From NCBI GenBank assembly GCA_965199855.1, contig OZ241326.1:512001-576000 (forward strand): 64,000 nt of DNA, written 5' to 3'. The stretch is from a bacterium. GTDB lineage: Bacteria > UBA8248. Of the stretch, positions 1 through 8,924 are shown one piece after another; positions within the stretch are counted from its first letter, which is position 1; each line of letters begins with the position of its first letter. Under the pieces are notes generated by a model that saw nothing but the letters and a program-made list of their open reading frames with translations, ran no database searches and was not told the origin of the DNA. The position numbers and the translations under genes are program-made.

Positions 1-1
1 A

Positions 2-160
2 AACCCGGCGCGCGTCCTGGGCCTCGAATCCCGGTGGGGGCGCATCGCCCCGGGCCGGCGCGCGGACTTCTGCCTTCTCGCGCCGGATTCCCTGGAGCTC
101 CTGGGCGCGATGATCGGCGGGGTCTGGGCGTCGGGCGCGCCCCCGGCCCCGGCCGGATGA
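2..160 (+). CDS. C-terminal fragment of an amidohydrolase, probably N-acetylglucosamine-6-phosphate deacetylase (partial, window edge)
   Basis: Frame from nt 2 reads NPARVLGLESRWGRIAPGRRADFCLL...IGG, the typical amidohydrolase C-terminal NPA..LG...G.I..G..AD motif; TGA at 158-160; anmK nearby. Confidence 0.6.
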   Translation, partial: NPARVLGLESRWGRIAPGRRADFCLLAPDSLELLGAMIGGVWASGAPPAPAG

Positions 161-242
161 GGCCGCGCCGTTCTTCGCCTAAAGTCCACGGAGGATGATG
201 AAGCTTGCCTCGCGTAGCGGAATGGGGAACACAGAAAGCCCC

Positions 243-1082
243 TTAAGCATCTGCAGACAATCGCCGTCGATATTTTTCAAGGTCGGCCGCCGTCACCGCG
301 TCCGGGGATGCGAGCTGATAATGCTTTTCCGAAGCGATTCTGATGTCGTCGCCGTCTTGCTCAAATTCGAGAAGCGCGATCAGATCATCCCGTATGAATT
401 GCGCTCCAATCGGTCTGCATATCAGGGACGGGAATTTCTCCATGCAAAACGCCATGTCCTGTTCGACTTGTATCCGGTTCAGGCGATCGTTTCCGCCCTT
501 GGCCTGGACGGGAACAATGTAGTGAGAGCCTCTTCTGTCTATCCCCACGTATATCTCATCAATTTCTATCTGGCCGATTCTTTTGACGCTCGTTCGCAGA
601 TGGCTTTGTAGCGAATAGCACGCGATTCCGAGAAATACGTCGATCAGTCGATTGTAGCGGATGCGGGCCAGCACGGCCTGCTCATCGCCGAAAGCATATT
701 TCGCTATGACTCCTGGGGTCGCGTCGGGAATCTTGGTGGTGGCGAGGAGTCGGTTCGGCGTCAGCGGCGCGTCATTGACCAGATCGAAGCGGTATCTGGA
801 TTTTCCGGCGGGACGTATCACCCACGTCTCTCCCTCGGGTGCTTCCGCCAGGATGTCGGGCGGAAGCGCCGAGCGGTATCGAAAGCTGTAGATCAGATCG
901 CCGACGTTCTTGGGGAGAGGAATGCCCAGTTCGGAGGCGGCCGCGATGATGTCCTCGCGCCCGAACTCCACGGTGCGGCTTCCCGGCGCGTGGTTTTTCC
1001 GAAAAACGGCCTGAATGATCTTCGCGTATCGGTTTTTGGGGGGGAATGCGCCGCTCCTCCCGTTGATCAGGCGCCGGGCCAC
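243..1082 (-). CDS. Putative type II restriction endonuclease (PD-(D/E)xK-like)
   Basis: 279 aa; GQIEIDEIYVG...VPVQAKGG nuclease-like motif; directly downstream of and overlapping an MTase; visibly lower GC than flanks; start codon uncertain. Confidence 0.65.
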   Translation of the reverse strand: MARRLINGRSGAFPPKNRYAKIIQAVFRKNHAPGSRTVEFGREDIIAAASELGIPLPKNVGDLIYSFRYRSALPPDILAEAPEGETWVIRPAGKSRYRFDLVNDAPLTPNRLLATTKIPDATPGVIAKYAFGDEQAVLARIRYNRLIDVFLGIACYSLQSHLRTSVKRIGQIEIDEIYVGIDRRGSHYIVPVQAKGGNDRLNRIQVEQDMAFCMEKFPSLICRPIGAQFIRDDLIALLEFEQDGDDIRIASEKHYQLASPDAVTAADLEKYRRRLSADA

Positions 1083-2371
1083 TCCAGCAGGACGACCTCC
1101 TCGCGCAGCTCCTCGCCGGAGACGGTCGAGGGCCGGGTCCGGAACAGCTCGATGCCCAGAACCCTGTAGTTCAGCGATTCGGCGAGGTCGGCGAGAAGCC
1201 GCCCCGTGCGAATCATCACCCGCAGGTAGGACGCCTGGTCTCCGACCACGTAGGCGAGCTTGGCGCCCGGCCTGAGCGCGGGGCGCAAGGACGCGAGATG
1301 CCGGAACATGCCGCCGAAATACAGCCGGGTGACGCGCGGATAGAGGCGCTCGAAGCCGGAGGTCTTGCCCAGCGCGATCCGCCGCTTCTCGATGGCCTCG
1401 GCGATGCGCTGGATTTCGGCGTGGTTCGTCACCGCGCGGTCGTCCGCGTCGGCTTTATACACCCCCCGCGTGTTCGAGCGGACGAGATTCCGCTTCAATC
1501 CCCGAAGTTCTTTTTTGTCGCGGACGAGCCCGAGGACGACGGATTCCAGCCGCGTCGTTCGCGTGTAGTCCTTTTCGTTCGGGTAGGGCGGCGAGGTGAT
1601 GACGGCGCCGATGGATTGCGGCTCGAGAACCCGCCCGGCGTCCCTGGCGTCGGCTTGCAGGACGCGCGCGGGAACCCCGGCGCGATCCCGGTGGGCGTCG
1701 ACGTCCCGCGCGACGGCGCGCATCTCCTCGAGCCAGCATTCCAGGACGGGCGCGTCGCGCCTGATTTTGCCGACGCCCACCTCGGGGCCGAACCTCAGGT
1801 TGCTGAAGCGGCGCACGAGGGCGTTCGCCAGCGCGAGCCTTCCGTATCGCCGCTCCCGGCCCGCTCCCGCGCCGTCGATGACGTCCAGCAGCGCGAGCGT
1901 TTTCCGGAGCGGGAGCGGGCTGATCGAGTTCTTCAGCAGCAGCTTCGACTGCTCCGGCGAAAGCGCGCGGGCGGCGGAGCGGGAACATTCCCCCGGAAAA
2001 GGAGAATCCTCCGCCGCGTCGCCGAGGCCTTCCCGCCCGAGCCTCTTTTCCGCCGCGGACGCGACGGCGTCCGCGTAGCGCGGGATTTCGCCGGAGCCGG
2101 CGGACCAGTCCGTCTTCACCGCGCTTGCGAAGCGCGCCATCGGGTTCGATTCGATCCCGACGCTGCGAATGCCCAGTTTCTTGCACTCCACAAGCGTAGT
2201 CCCCGTCCCGCAGAACGGGTCGAGAACCGCGTCGGACGCGCCGACGCCGAGCCGGGCGGCGCAGTCCCGGACGAGATGCGGCGGAAACGACAGGACGAAC
2301 CGATACCATTCGTGAACGGCGCGATCCTCCGCCCGCAGCCTGTTCCGCTCGCCGTTGCGCCCGTTCCTCAT
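1067..2371 (-). CDS. DNA methyltransferase, likely N4-cytosine, alpha-type motif order
   Basis: SAM-binding motif I DPFCGTGTT near N-terminus, catalytic motif IV TSPPY later; 434 aa. Confidence 0.88.
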   Translation of the reverse strand: MRNGRNGERNRLRAEDRAVHEWYRFVLSFPPHLVRDCAARLGVGASDAVLDPFCGTGTTLVECKKLGIRSVGIESNPMARFASAVKTDWSAGSGEIPRYADAVASAAEKRLGREGLGDAAEDSPFPGECSRSAARALSPEQSKLLLKNSISPLPLRKTLALLDVIDGAGAGRERRYGRLALANALVRRFSNLRFGPEVGVGKIRRDAPVLECWLEEMRAVARDVDAHRDRAGVPARVLQADARDAGRVLEPQSIGAVITSPPYPNEKDYTRTTRLESVVLGLVRDKKELRGLKRNLVRSNTRGVYKADADDRAVTNHAEIQRIAEAIEKRRIALGKTSGFERLYPRVTRLYFGGMFRHLASLRPALRPGAKLAYVVGDQASYLRVMIRTGRLLADLAESLNYRVLGIELFRTRPSTVSGEELREEVVLLEWPGA

Positions 2372-2623
2372 TCGAGTCCCTCTCCGCCCGGCGTCACGCG
2401 GCTCCCCCAGCCTAGGCCGCCGCGAAGTTCCGCGTAATCCCCCGCGCCGGGCGCCGGTCGGGCCGGCGGCGGTATTTCCCGTCTTTTCGCAAGCCCCGGC
2501 AGGGCGTCATCGTCATATCGGCATGATGCGATAAAGAAGCGAAAAAACAAAGACGGGCGAAGGCGAGCCGAAACTATAGCGCGGCATTCCCGCCCGCCTC
2601 AAGGAGGCTCCGCGCGCCGCCGA

Positions 2624-2652
2624 TTGCGGGCGGGGGCGGATTCGCCCATAAT
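2624..2652 (+). promoter_or_regulatory. Candidate sigma70 promoter for D-aminoacylase operon
   Basis: TTGCGG-17 bp-CATAAT, 47 nt upstream of ATG 2700. Confidence 0.4.
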
Positions 2653-2699
2653 TCTCCCGTCGCCGGCGTTCAGACAGCATCCGCCCCGGGCGCGCCGCC

Positions 2700-4301
2700 A
2701 TGTATGACCTCATCTTTCGCTCCGCCGTGATATTCGACGGTCTGGGCGGGGAGCCTTACGAGGGCGCGCTCGCCGTTTCTGGCGATCGCATCGCCGAAGT
2801 CGGCCCCGGCGTGAGCGGCGCGGCCCGCCGCGAGATTGACGCGCGCGGGCTGGCGCTCAGCCCCGGGTTCGTCGATATTCACGGCCATTCCGACTACTAC
2901 CTCCTCATCAACCCCGAGGCGCGCGCGAAAGTCCTCCAGGGGGTGACGACCGACGTGGGCGGCAACTGCGGCTACGCCGCCTCCCCGATTGGCGGGGCGG
3001 AGTTCGAGGAGCGGAAGAGGTGGCATCGGGAGCAGTTCGACCTCGACCTCCCCTTCCGGAGCGTGGACGGGCACCTGCGCCGCGTGGAGGAGACGGGCGT
3101 CTCCGTCAACTACGCCCATCTGGCGGGCCACAACACGATTCGCGCCAGCGTGATGGGGGGCGAGGCGCGCCCGGCGCGCGCGGCGGAGATGGCCGCGATG
3201 GAGGAGATGCTCGCCCTGGCGATGCGCGAGGGCGCCTTCGGCCTCTCCACCGGGCTGGTCTATGCCCCCGCCTGCTTCGCGGACAAGGAGGAGCTCGCCG
3301 CGCTTTGCCGGGTGTCGGGACGCGCCGGGGGGCTGCTCGCCACCCACATGCGGAGCGAGGGAGACGCGCTCCTCGAGGCGATGGACGAGGTGATGGAAGC
3401 GGCCGCGGAGGCCGCTCTGCCGCTTCAGATCAGCCATTTGAAGACGGCGGGCGAGCGGAACTGGGGCAAGCTGGACGCGGCCTTCGAGCGCATCGAGCGC
3501 GCGCGGGAGAGGGGGCAGGACGTGACCTGCGACCGCTATCCCTATACGGCCTCGAACACCCACCTGAGCGCGCTGCTTCCCGACTGGGCGCACGACGGCT
3601 CTCTCGACGAGAAGCTGGGGCGCCTCGGCGACCCGGCGGCGCGGGCGCGGATGCGCGAGGAAATCCTGCGGGCGCGCCCCGAGCCCTCCTGCTGGGAGAG
3701 CGTCCTGATCAGCCGGGTCTTCACGGAGGAGAACCGCCCCTGCGAGGGCCTCACCCTCGCGCGGCTGGGCGAGGAGCGCGGCGCGGCGCCCGTGGACGCC
3801 ATGCTCGATCTGCTGGCGGAGGAGAGGCTGAACGTCGAGATTCTCATTTTTATGATGAGCGCGGAGAACATGCGCCGCATCCTGGCGAAGCCCTACGTCA
3901 TGGTGGGCTCCGACGCGGGCGCGCTCACCCACGAGCCGCCCCTGGGCGCGGGGCGGCCGCACCCGAGGAATTTCGGCGCCTTCCCCTTCGTCCTGGGCTC
4001 CCTGGCGAGGGAGGAGGGCCTGTTCTCGATGGCCGAGGCCGTCCGCAAGATGACCTCCGCCCCCTGCCGGCGGCTCGGCATCGCGGACCGGGGGCGTCTG
4101 GCGGCCGGCATGAAGGCCGACCTCGTTCTGTTCGACCCCGAGAGGATACGAGACGAGTGCACCTACGAGCGTCCCGTCGCGTATCCTTCGGGCGTCGAGA
4201 TGGTGCTCGTCAACGGCGAGGCGGTCGTGGAGGCGGGCGTCCACACCGGCGCGCGCCCCGGCCGCGCCCTTCGCGGGCCGTCGGGAAGGGGGCGGCGATG
4301 A
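2700..4301 (+). CDS. N-acyl-D-amino-acid deacylase (D-aminoacylase family)
   Basis: PGFVDIHGHSD, GVTTDVGGNCG, THMRSE, ISHLK, GSDAG, HPRNFG motifs. Confidence 0.9.
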   Translation: MYDLIFRSAVIFDGLGGEPYEGALAVSGDRIAEVGPGVSGAARREIDARGLALSPGFVDIHGHSDYYLLINPEARAKVLQGVTTDVGGNCGYAASPIGGAEFEERKRWHREQFDLDLPFRSVDGHLRRVEETGVSVNYAHLAGHNTIRASVMGGEARPARAAEMAAMEEMLALAMREGAFGLSTGLVYAPACFADKEELAALCRVSGRAGGLLATHMRSEGDALLEAMDEVMEAAAEAALPLQISHLKTAGERNWGKLDAAFERIERARERGQDVTCDRYPYTASNTHLSALLPDWAHDGSLDEKLGRLGDPAARARMREEILRARPEPSCWESVLISRVFTEENRPCEGLTLARLGEERGAAPVDAMLDLLAEERLNVEILIFMMSAENMRRILAKPYVMVGSDAGALTHEPPLGAGRPHPRNFGAFPFVLGSLAREEGLFSMAEAVRKMTSAPCRRLGIADRGRLAAGMKADLVLFDPERIRDECTYERPVAYPSGVEMVLVNGEAVVEAGVHTGARPGRALRGPSGRGRR

Positions 4302-6439
4302 CGCTCGACCTCGCGTCGCTCAAGACGGTGCTCGCCCTGGTGGGCCTGCTCGCCCTGCTGGCCATCCCCGTCGTCTGGTGGCTGCATCGCCGCTCTCTCG
4401 GGTGCCCCAGGGCCGCGGCGGAAGTGTGGGAGGACATCGATCTGATGAGAGCGTCCGGCGGGAGGCGTTCGTCCGCGTCGGCGCGAAGCGGCGAGTCCGC
4501 GGAGGATCCCGCGGACGCCGCGCCCGCGGCGCCGGAGGAGCCGCCGGCGGGCGAGACGCTCTCTTTCGGCGATGAGGAGGCGGCAGGGGCGCGCGCCGCT
4601 TTCGCGGGGGAGTCGTGGGGAGAGCGCGAAGCCGTCCGCGAGCCGGACGCCGCGCGTGAAGAACCGGGAGAGGAGGGAGCCTTCCGCGAGGAGGCGGGCG
4701 CGCCGGCGGCGCCTTTCCCCGACCGGGAGGTCCTCGCCGGCGGCGAGGCTTCGTTCGACGCCGGGAAGCCGCCGGTTCCCGACTCCCCGGACGCGGCCGG
4801 GGAGGAGGCGCGGTTTCCCGCCTTCGGCGATTCGCGCGAGGAGGCGGAAGAAGGCGCTCCCCTCCTGTTCGGAGGCGGAGAGCCGGACGAGCCGGAGGCG
4901 GAAGCCCCCGGAGAGCCCGCGCCGGAGAGGTCGGGGGAGGACGCGGGCTTCGTCGCCGCCGGTGAATCGCCCGGGGCGTATCGGCTCGAGGAGGGAGAAG
5001 GCGCGGGGCCGCCTCCGGGGGAGGGGGCCGCTCCCTTGAAGGATGAACCCGGCGAGTCGCCGCCGCCCTCCCGCGCGCCGGCTTCGGAGGATGACGTCTT
5101 CTCCCTTCTGCGGCGCGAACGCCGGGAGGATGACGCCTCCCCCGAAGGTGCCGCGCCGCGCGGGGAGGTCGAGGAGGCGGAGGAAATCGCGGACTTCGAC
5201 GCCCCGCCCGACTTGCCGCGGGAAGAAGACGCGGAGCGCGAGGGCGGGGACGCCTCGCCGGGGACGCCGGACGCGCCCGCCGGGTTCGCGCGCGAGCTCG
5301 TGGCGGAGGCCTGCCCGGGGGACTTGCTGCTGGCGGAGAGCGTGGAGCGGGAGCTCCCCGACCGGGCGGCGGAGGCGGCGGACGCCCTCCGCCTCGACCT
5401 GGAGGAGCGTCAGGGAGGAAGACGCGCTCCCGCCTCCGATGAGTATCTGCGTCTGGCGCTCCTGGAGGTGATGCTGGGACGCGCCGAGGAGGCGGCGCGT
5501 CATCTTAAGGAGGCGCTTCGGGGGGCGAGCCGGCTGGGTCCCGTTCTCAACGCGCTGGCCGTGGCGTCCTGGCTGCGGGGGAAGGCGGACCCCGCGATAG
5601 CCTACTGCCGCGAGGCGCTCCGGGAAACGGGGCGGGACGCGCCGCTCCAGGCGGCGGTCGCCCGGAACCTGGGGCATTTCTACCAGAGCCGGGGGGAGGA
5701 GGCCCGGGCGGCCGAATTCTTCGAGATGGCGATCGATCGCATCGGCCCGCAGGGCGCGCCCGGGGAGCTCTCCTCCCTGCGCCTGCGGGCCGGCCGGCTG
5801 TTCCGCCGTCTGGGGGAGCATGAAAAGGCCCGGGCGCACCTTTCGGAGTCGGCGCGCCTGTTCCGGGGACTGGGAGAAGGCGGCGGCGAGACCCGGGCGC
5901 GCGTCGCGCTGGCGGCCGCCCATACCGCGCTGGGCGAGCACGAACCCGCCCGGGCGAGTCTGGAGGAGGCCCTCGCGCTTTGCCGCGAAGGCGGCGACAA
6001 GGCGGGCGAGGCGCTGGTCTATGGGCAGATGGGCGCGGCCTACGCGGCGCAGGAGCAGTTCACGCGCGCGCTCCGGTATTACGAGAACGCCCTGGGCCTC
6101 AACCGCGAGCTCGAAAACGCGAAGGGAGCGGCGGCGAACCTCGGCAGGATGGGGAACATCCACTACGCCAGGGGCGACTTCCCCGAGGCGCGCGAAGCCT
6201 ACGAGGCGGCCCTGGAGCTCGGGGAGGAGGGGGGAGACGCCCTCGCCCGCGCCAGGGTGCTGAGAAACCTGGGCCGGGCGCATTTCGAGGGGGGAGAGTG
6301 GGACGCCGCGCGCGCGCGCCTGGGCGAGGCGCGCCTCATGTTTCAGGAAGCCGGCGCGGCGGAGGCGCTCGAAAGCGTCCGGGCGCTGGAAAGGCGCCTG
6401 CCGAAGGCGTCCGGCGCCGACGCGCGCGGCGAGGAGTGA
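4298..6439 (+). CDS. Membrane-anchored protein with long acidic low-complexity linker and C-terminal TPR array
   Basis: ATG 4298 overlaps upstream stop (ATGA); N-terminal hydrophobic helix VLALVGLLALLAIPVVWW; E/D/P/A/G-rich middle; repeated TPR units (NLGHFY, QMGAAY, RMGNIHY, NLGRAH). Confidence 0.8.
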   Translation: MTLDLASLKTVLALVGLLALLAIPVVWWLHRRSLGCPRAAAEVWEDIDLMRASGGRRSSASARSGESAEDPADAAPAAPEEPPAGETLSFGDEEAAGARAAFAGESWGEREAVREPDAAREEPGEEGAFREEAGAPAAPFPDREVLAGGEASFDAGKPPVPDSPDAAGEEARFPAFGDSREEAEEGAPLLFGGGEPDEPEAEAPGEPAPERSGEDAGFVAAGESPGAYRLEEGEGAGPPPGEGAAPLKDEPGESPPPSRAPASEDDVFSLLRRERREDDASPEGAAPRGEVEEAEEIADFDAPPDLPREEDAEREGGDASPGTPDAPAGFARELVAEACPGDLLLAESVERELPDRAAEAADALRLDLEERQGGRRAPASDEYLRLALLEVMLGRAEEAARHLKEALRGASRLGPVLNALAVASWLRGKADPAIAYCREALRETGRDAPLQAAVARNLGHFYQSRGEEARAAEFFEMAIDRIGPQGAPGELSSLRLRAGRLFRRLGEHEKARAHLSESARLFRGLGEGGGETRARVALAAAHTALGEHEPARASLEEALALCREGGDKAGEALVYGQMGAAYAAQEQFTRALRYYENALGLNRELENAKGAAANLGRMGNIHYARGDFPEAREAYEAALELGEEGGDALARARVLRNLGRAHFEGGEWDAARARLGEARLMFQEAGAAEALESVRALERRLPKASGADARGEE

Positions 6440-6448
6440 CGGAAGGCT

Positions 6449-7636
6449 TCACGCCCTTTCATCGCCCAGGGCGAATTTCTCCATCAGCCTGCAATAGACG
6501 CGCGCCGCTTTCTTCAGGGAATCCACCTCGATGAATTCATCGGGCGCGTGGGCCTGCTCGATGCTTCCGGGACCCAGCAGAAAGCAGCTGCGGCTTCCGG
6601 TCTGCGCCGCGGCGAGCCCCGCGTCCGAATAGTAGCTCACGCCGGCGGGGGGAGGCTCCGCGCCCAGAACCTCCCCCAGGGTCTCCAGGATGAGCCTCGC
6701 GCCCGCGCCCGCCAGGTCCGCCGTGACGGGCGGCCTGTCCGCGATGGTCGCCCGCAGGGAGAAGTCCACGCCGGCCGTCCGCGCGCGCGCCGCGGCCGCC
6801 TGCTCGCGGATGATCTCCTGAACGTCGGCCGTCCGCAGGGGAGGAACGAAGCGGGCGTCTATCTTCACTTCGCACCTCTCGGGCACCACGTTGGTCTTGC
6901 GTCCGCCCTCGATCACGCTGGCGACCATGGTGCATCGGCCCAGCAGGGGGTCTTCGTGGGGAAGGGCGGCGACCGCCTCGTGAAGCCCGGCCACCGCGAG
7001 GGAGGCGGCGTGAATCGCGTCCGCGCCCATGTGGGGCGCGGCGGCGTGGGCGCTCTTTCCGCGGAAGACGAGCTCGAACCACATGGCGCCCTTCTGCGCG
7101 CTCACCAGGGCGAGTTCGGTCGGCTCGCAGGAGATCACGACGTCCTCCGCGCCGATGCGCCCGTTCCGAATGGCCGCCGCCGTCCCCGTCATCGCGCCGC
7201 TTTCCTCGTCCACCACCATGCAGCAGCGAATCGTTCTCCTGGCGCGCGCGCCGCGGTCGATGCGTCCCTTGAGCCGCCCGAGGGCGGCGAGGCTGGCGGC
7301 GATGCCGCCCTTCATGTCGCAGCTCCCCCGGCCCCAGATTCTTCCCTCCGCCTCGACCGCCGCGAAGGGATCGCGCGACCAGCCCTCGCCCGCCGGCACG
7401 GTGTCCATGTGGTTGAGAAAGACGAGGGCGGGGCGCTCCCCCGAACCGGCGACCTCGGCGATCACGTTCTCGCGCCCCGGGGCGACACGCTCGCGCGCGG
7501 GCTCCAGGCCGATCCCGCGGAAGAACGCCTCCATCCGATCCGCCATGGCGGATTCATCGCCCGTGGGGTTCTCGCTCCGAATCCCGATCAGCTCCCTGGC
7601 GAGCGAGACGGCCTGCTCCTCTATGGCCGCGTCCAT
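6449..7636 (-). CDS. M20 metallopeptidase, ArgE/DapE family
   Basis: NHMDTV, GRGSCDMKGG, DEE, CEPT, GKSAHAA, AHAPDE motifs. Confidence 0.9.
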   Translation of the reverse strand: MDAAIEEQAVSLARELIGIRSENPTGDESAMADRMEAFFRGIGLEPARERVAPGRENVIAEVAGSGERPALVFLNHMDTVPAGEGWSRDPFAAVEAEGRIWGRGSCDMKGGIAASLAALGRLKGRIDRGARARRTIRCCMVVDEESGAMTGTAAAIRNGRIGAEDVVISCEPTELALVSAQKGAMWFELVFRGKSAHAAAPHMGADAIHAASLAVAGLHEAVAALPHEDPLLGRCTMVASVIEGGRKTNVVPERCEVKIDARFVPPLRTADVQEIIREQAAAARARTAGVDFSLRATIADRPPVTADLAGAGARLILETLGEVLGAEPPPAGVSYYSDAGLAAAQTGSRSCFLLGPGSIEQAHAPDEFIEVDSLKKAARVYCRLMEKFALGDERA

Positions 7637-7709
7637 CGCTGTCTCCCGGGCGTCAGGGGTTCATGGGCGCATGGCGCCGCATTTCGGGCGGCTTGCGCAT
7701 GATGCCGCC

Positions 7710-8924
7710 TCACGCCGCGCCGTGAAAGCGCCGCATCAGGGAGGCGAAATTCCTCCCCGGCGTGATGTTTCCCAGGCGCGCCGCCTCGCGCGCGCCGGTT
7801 GCGGCCGGCAGGCTGTTCGCCTGCCCGGAGAGCGTCCCCCACGCCAGCAGCGCGAAGCAGACGGCCTCGACCGCGTCGGGCGAGACGCCGCGCGCGCCGC
7901 TCGCCGCGAGGGGGAGCCCGCCCAGCGCCTCCCGCAGGCGGCGCATGAGGGTCCTGTTGCGGACGCCTCCTCCGCCGACGATCGCCTCGGCGGGCGGCGC
8001 GTCCTTCGGCAGAAAATCCCGAACCGCGTCCGCGACGCACGCGGCGGAAAAGGCGGCGAGGGTGGCGAGGGCGTCTTTCGCGCCGCGCCCGCGCGCCGCC
8101 GCGCCCGCGAGGACTTCATCGACGAACGCCTCGCCGAACGCCTCCCTGCCGGTGCTCTTGGGCGGCTTTCGGCCAAGGTAGGGGCGGCGGCGGAGCCAGG
8201 CCAGCGTTTCGGGGCATACGCGGCCGGCCGCCGCCAGGGCGCCTCCTTCGTCCCAGTCCTTCTCTCCGTTCGTGATCCGGCGGACCAAGGCGTCGAGCGT
8301 CACGTTCGCCGGCCCGCAGTCGAAGCCGAACGCGCCCGCCTCGCCCCAGGGGGGAAGGTAGGTGAGGTTCGAGATGCCGCCCAGGTTCACGAAGGCGGTC
8401 GGGGCGTCTTCGCGGCTGAATAGGATGCGGTGCGCCCAGGGGGTAAGGGGCGCGCCCGCCCCTCCCGCGGCCACGTCCCGCGGGCGAAAGTCGGAGACGC
8501 AGGTCGCCTCCGTCCGCGCGGCGATGAAGGCGGGGTCGCCGATCTGAAGGGTGGAGGGGAGCAGCGCGCCGCGCGCGCCCCGTCCGCCTTCGGGAAGATG
8601 GCGCACCGTCTGGCCGTGGCTGCCCACGAAGTCGATTCGATCGAGAGGCGTTCCGGCGTTCGCGGCGACCGCCAGCGCGGCGGCGGCGAACGCCTCGCCC
8701 GCCTCCCGGTGGAGCGAGCAGAGCTCCTCCGTTCCGGCGCCCTCCTCGCCCGCGGCGCGCAGAATCCGCTCCCTCAGGCTTTTCGGGTAGGGGGCGGCGT
8801 GAAAGCCCAGCGTCTCGACTTCGGCGCGCTCGCCCGGGAGAATCCGCGCGAGGGCGGCGTCCACCCCGTCGGCGGAGGTGCCGGACATCAGCCCGATCGC
8901 CAGAAAGGGCCGCGCCGCGCTCAT
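7710..8924 (-). CDS. anmK: Anhydro-N-acetylmuramic acid kinase
   Basis: IGLMSGTSADGVD, GSHGQTVRH, GAPLTP, NLGGISN, FDCGPAN, PKSTGRE; ATG 8924 overlaps slt stop. Confidence 0.95.
   Translation of the reverse strand: MSAARPFLAIGLMSGTSADGVDAALARILPGERAEVETLGFHAAPYPKSLRERILRAAGEEGAGTEELCSLHREAGEAFAAAALAVAANAGTPLDRIDFVGSHGQTVRHLPEGGRGARGALLPSTLQIGDPAFIAARTEATCVSDFRPRDVAAGGAGAPLTPWAHRILFSREDAPTAFVNLGGISNLTYLPPWGEAGAFGFDCGPANVTLDALVRRITNGEKDWDEGGALAAAGRVCPETLAWLRRRPYLGRKPPKSTGREAFGEAFVDEVLAGAAARGRGAKDALATLAAFSAACVADAVRDFLPKDAPPAEAIVGGGGVRNRTLMRRLREALGGLPLAASGARGVSPDAVEAVCFALLAWGTLSGQANSLPAATGAREAARLGNITPGRNFASLMRRFHGAA

Noticed and set aside
195-611. 138-aa plus-strand ORF
   Set aside because: Antisense to the nuclease gene with no recognisable motif
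3020-4297. N-terminal extension of the 1139-aa ORF 3020..6439 (same for extensions of the anmK, slt, amidase and NAGPA ORFs)
   Set aside because: Extensions overlap the preceding real gene or ORF out of frame; true starts are marked by start/stop overlaps, SD sequences or signal peptides
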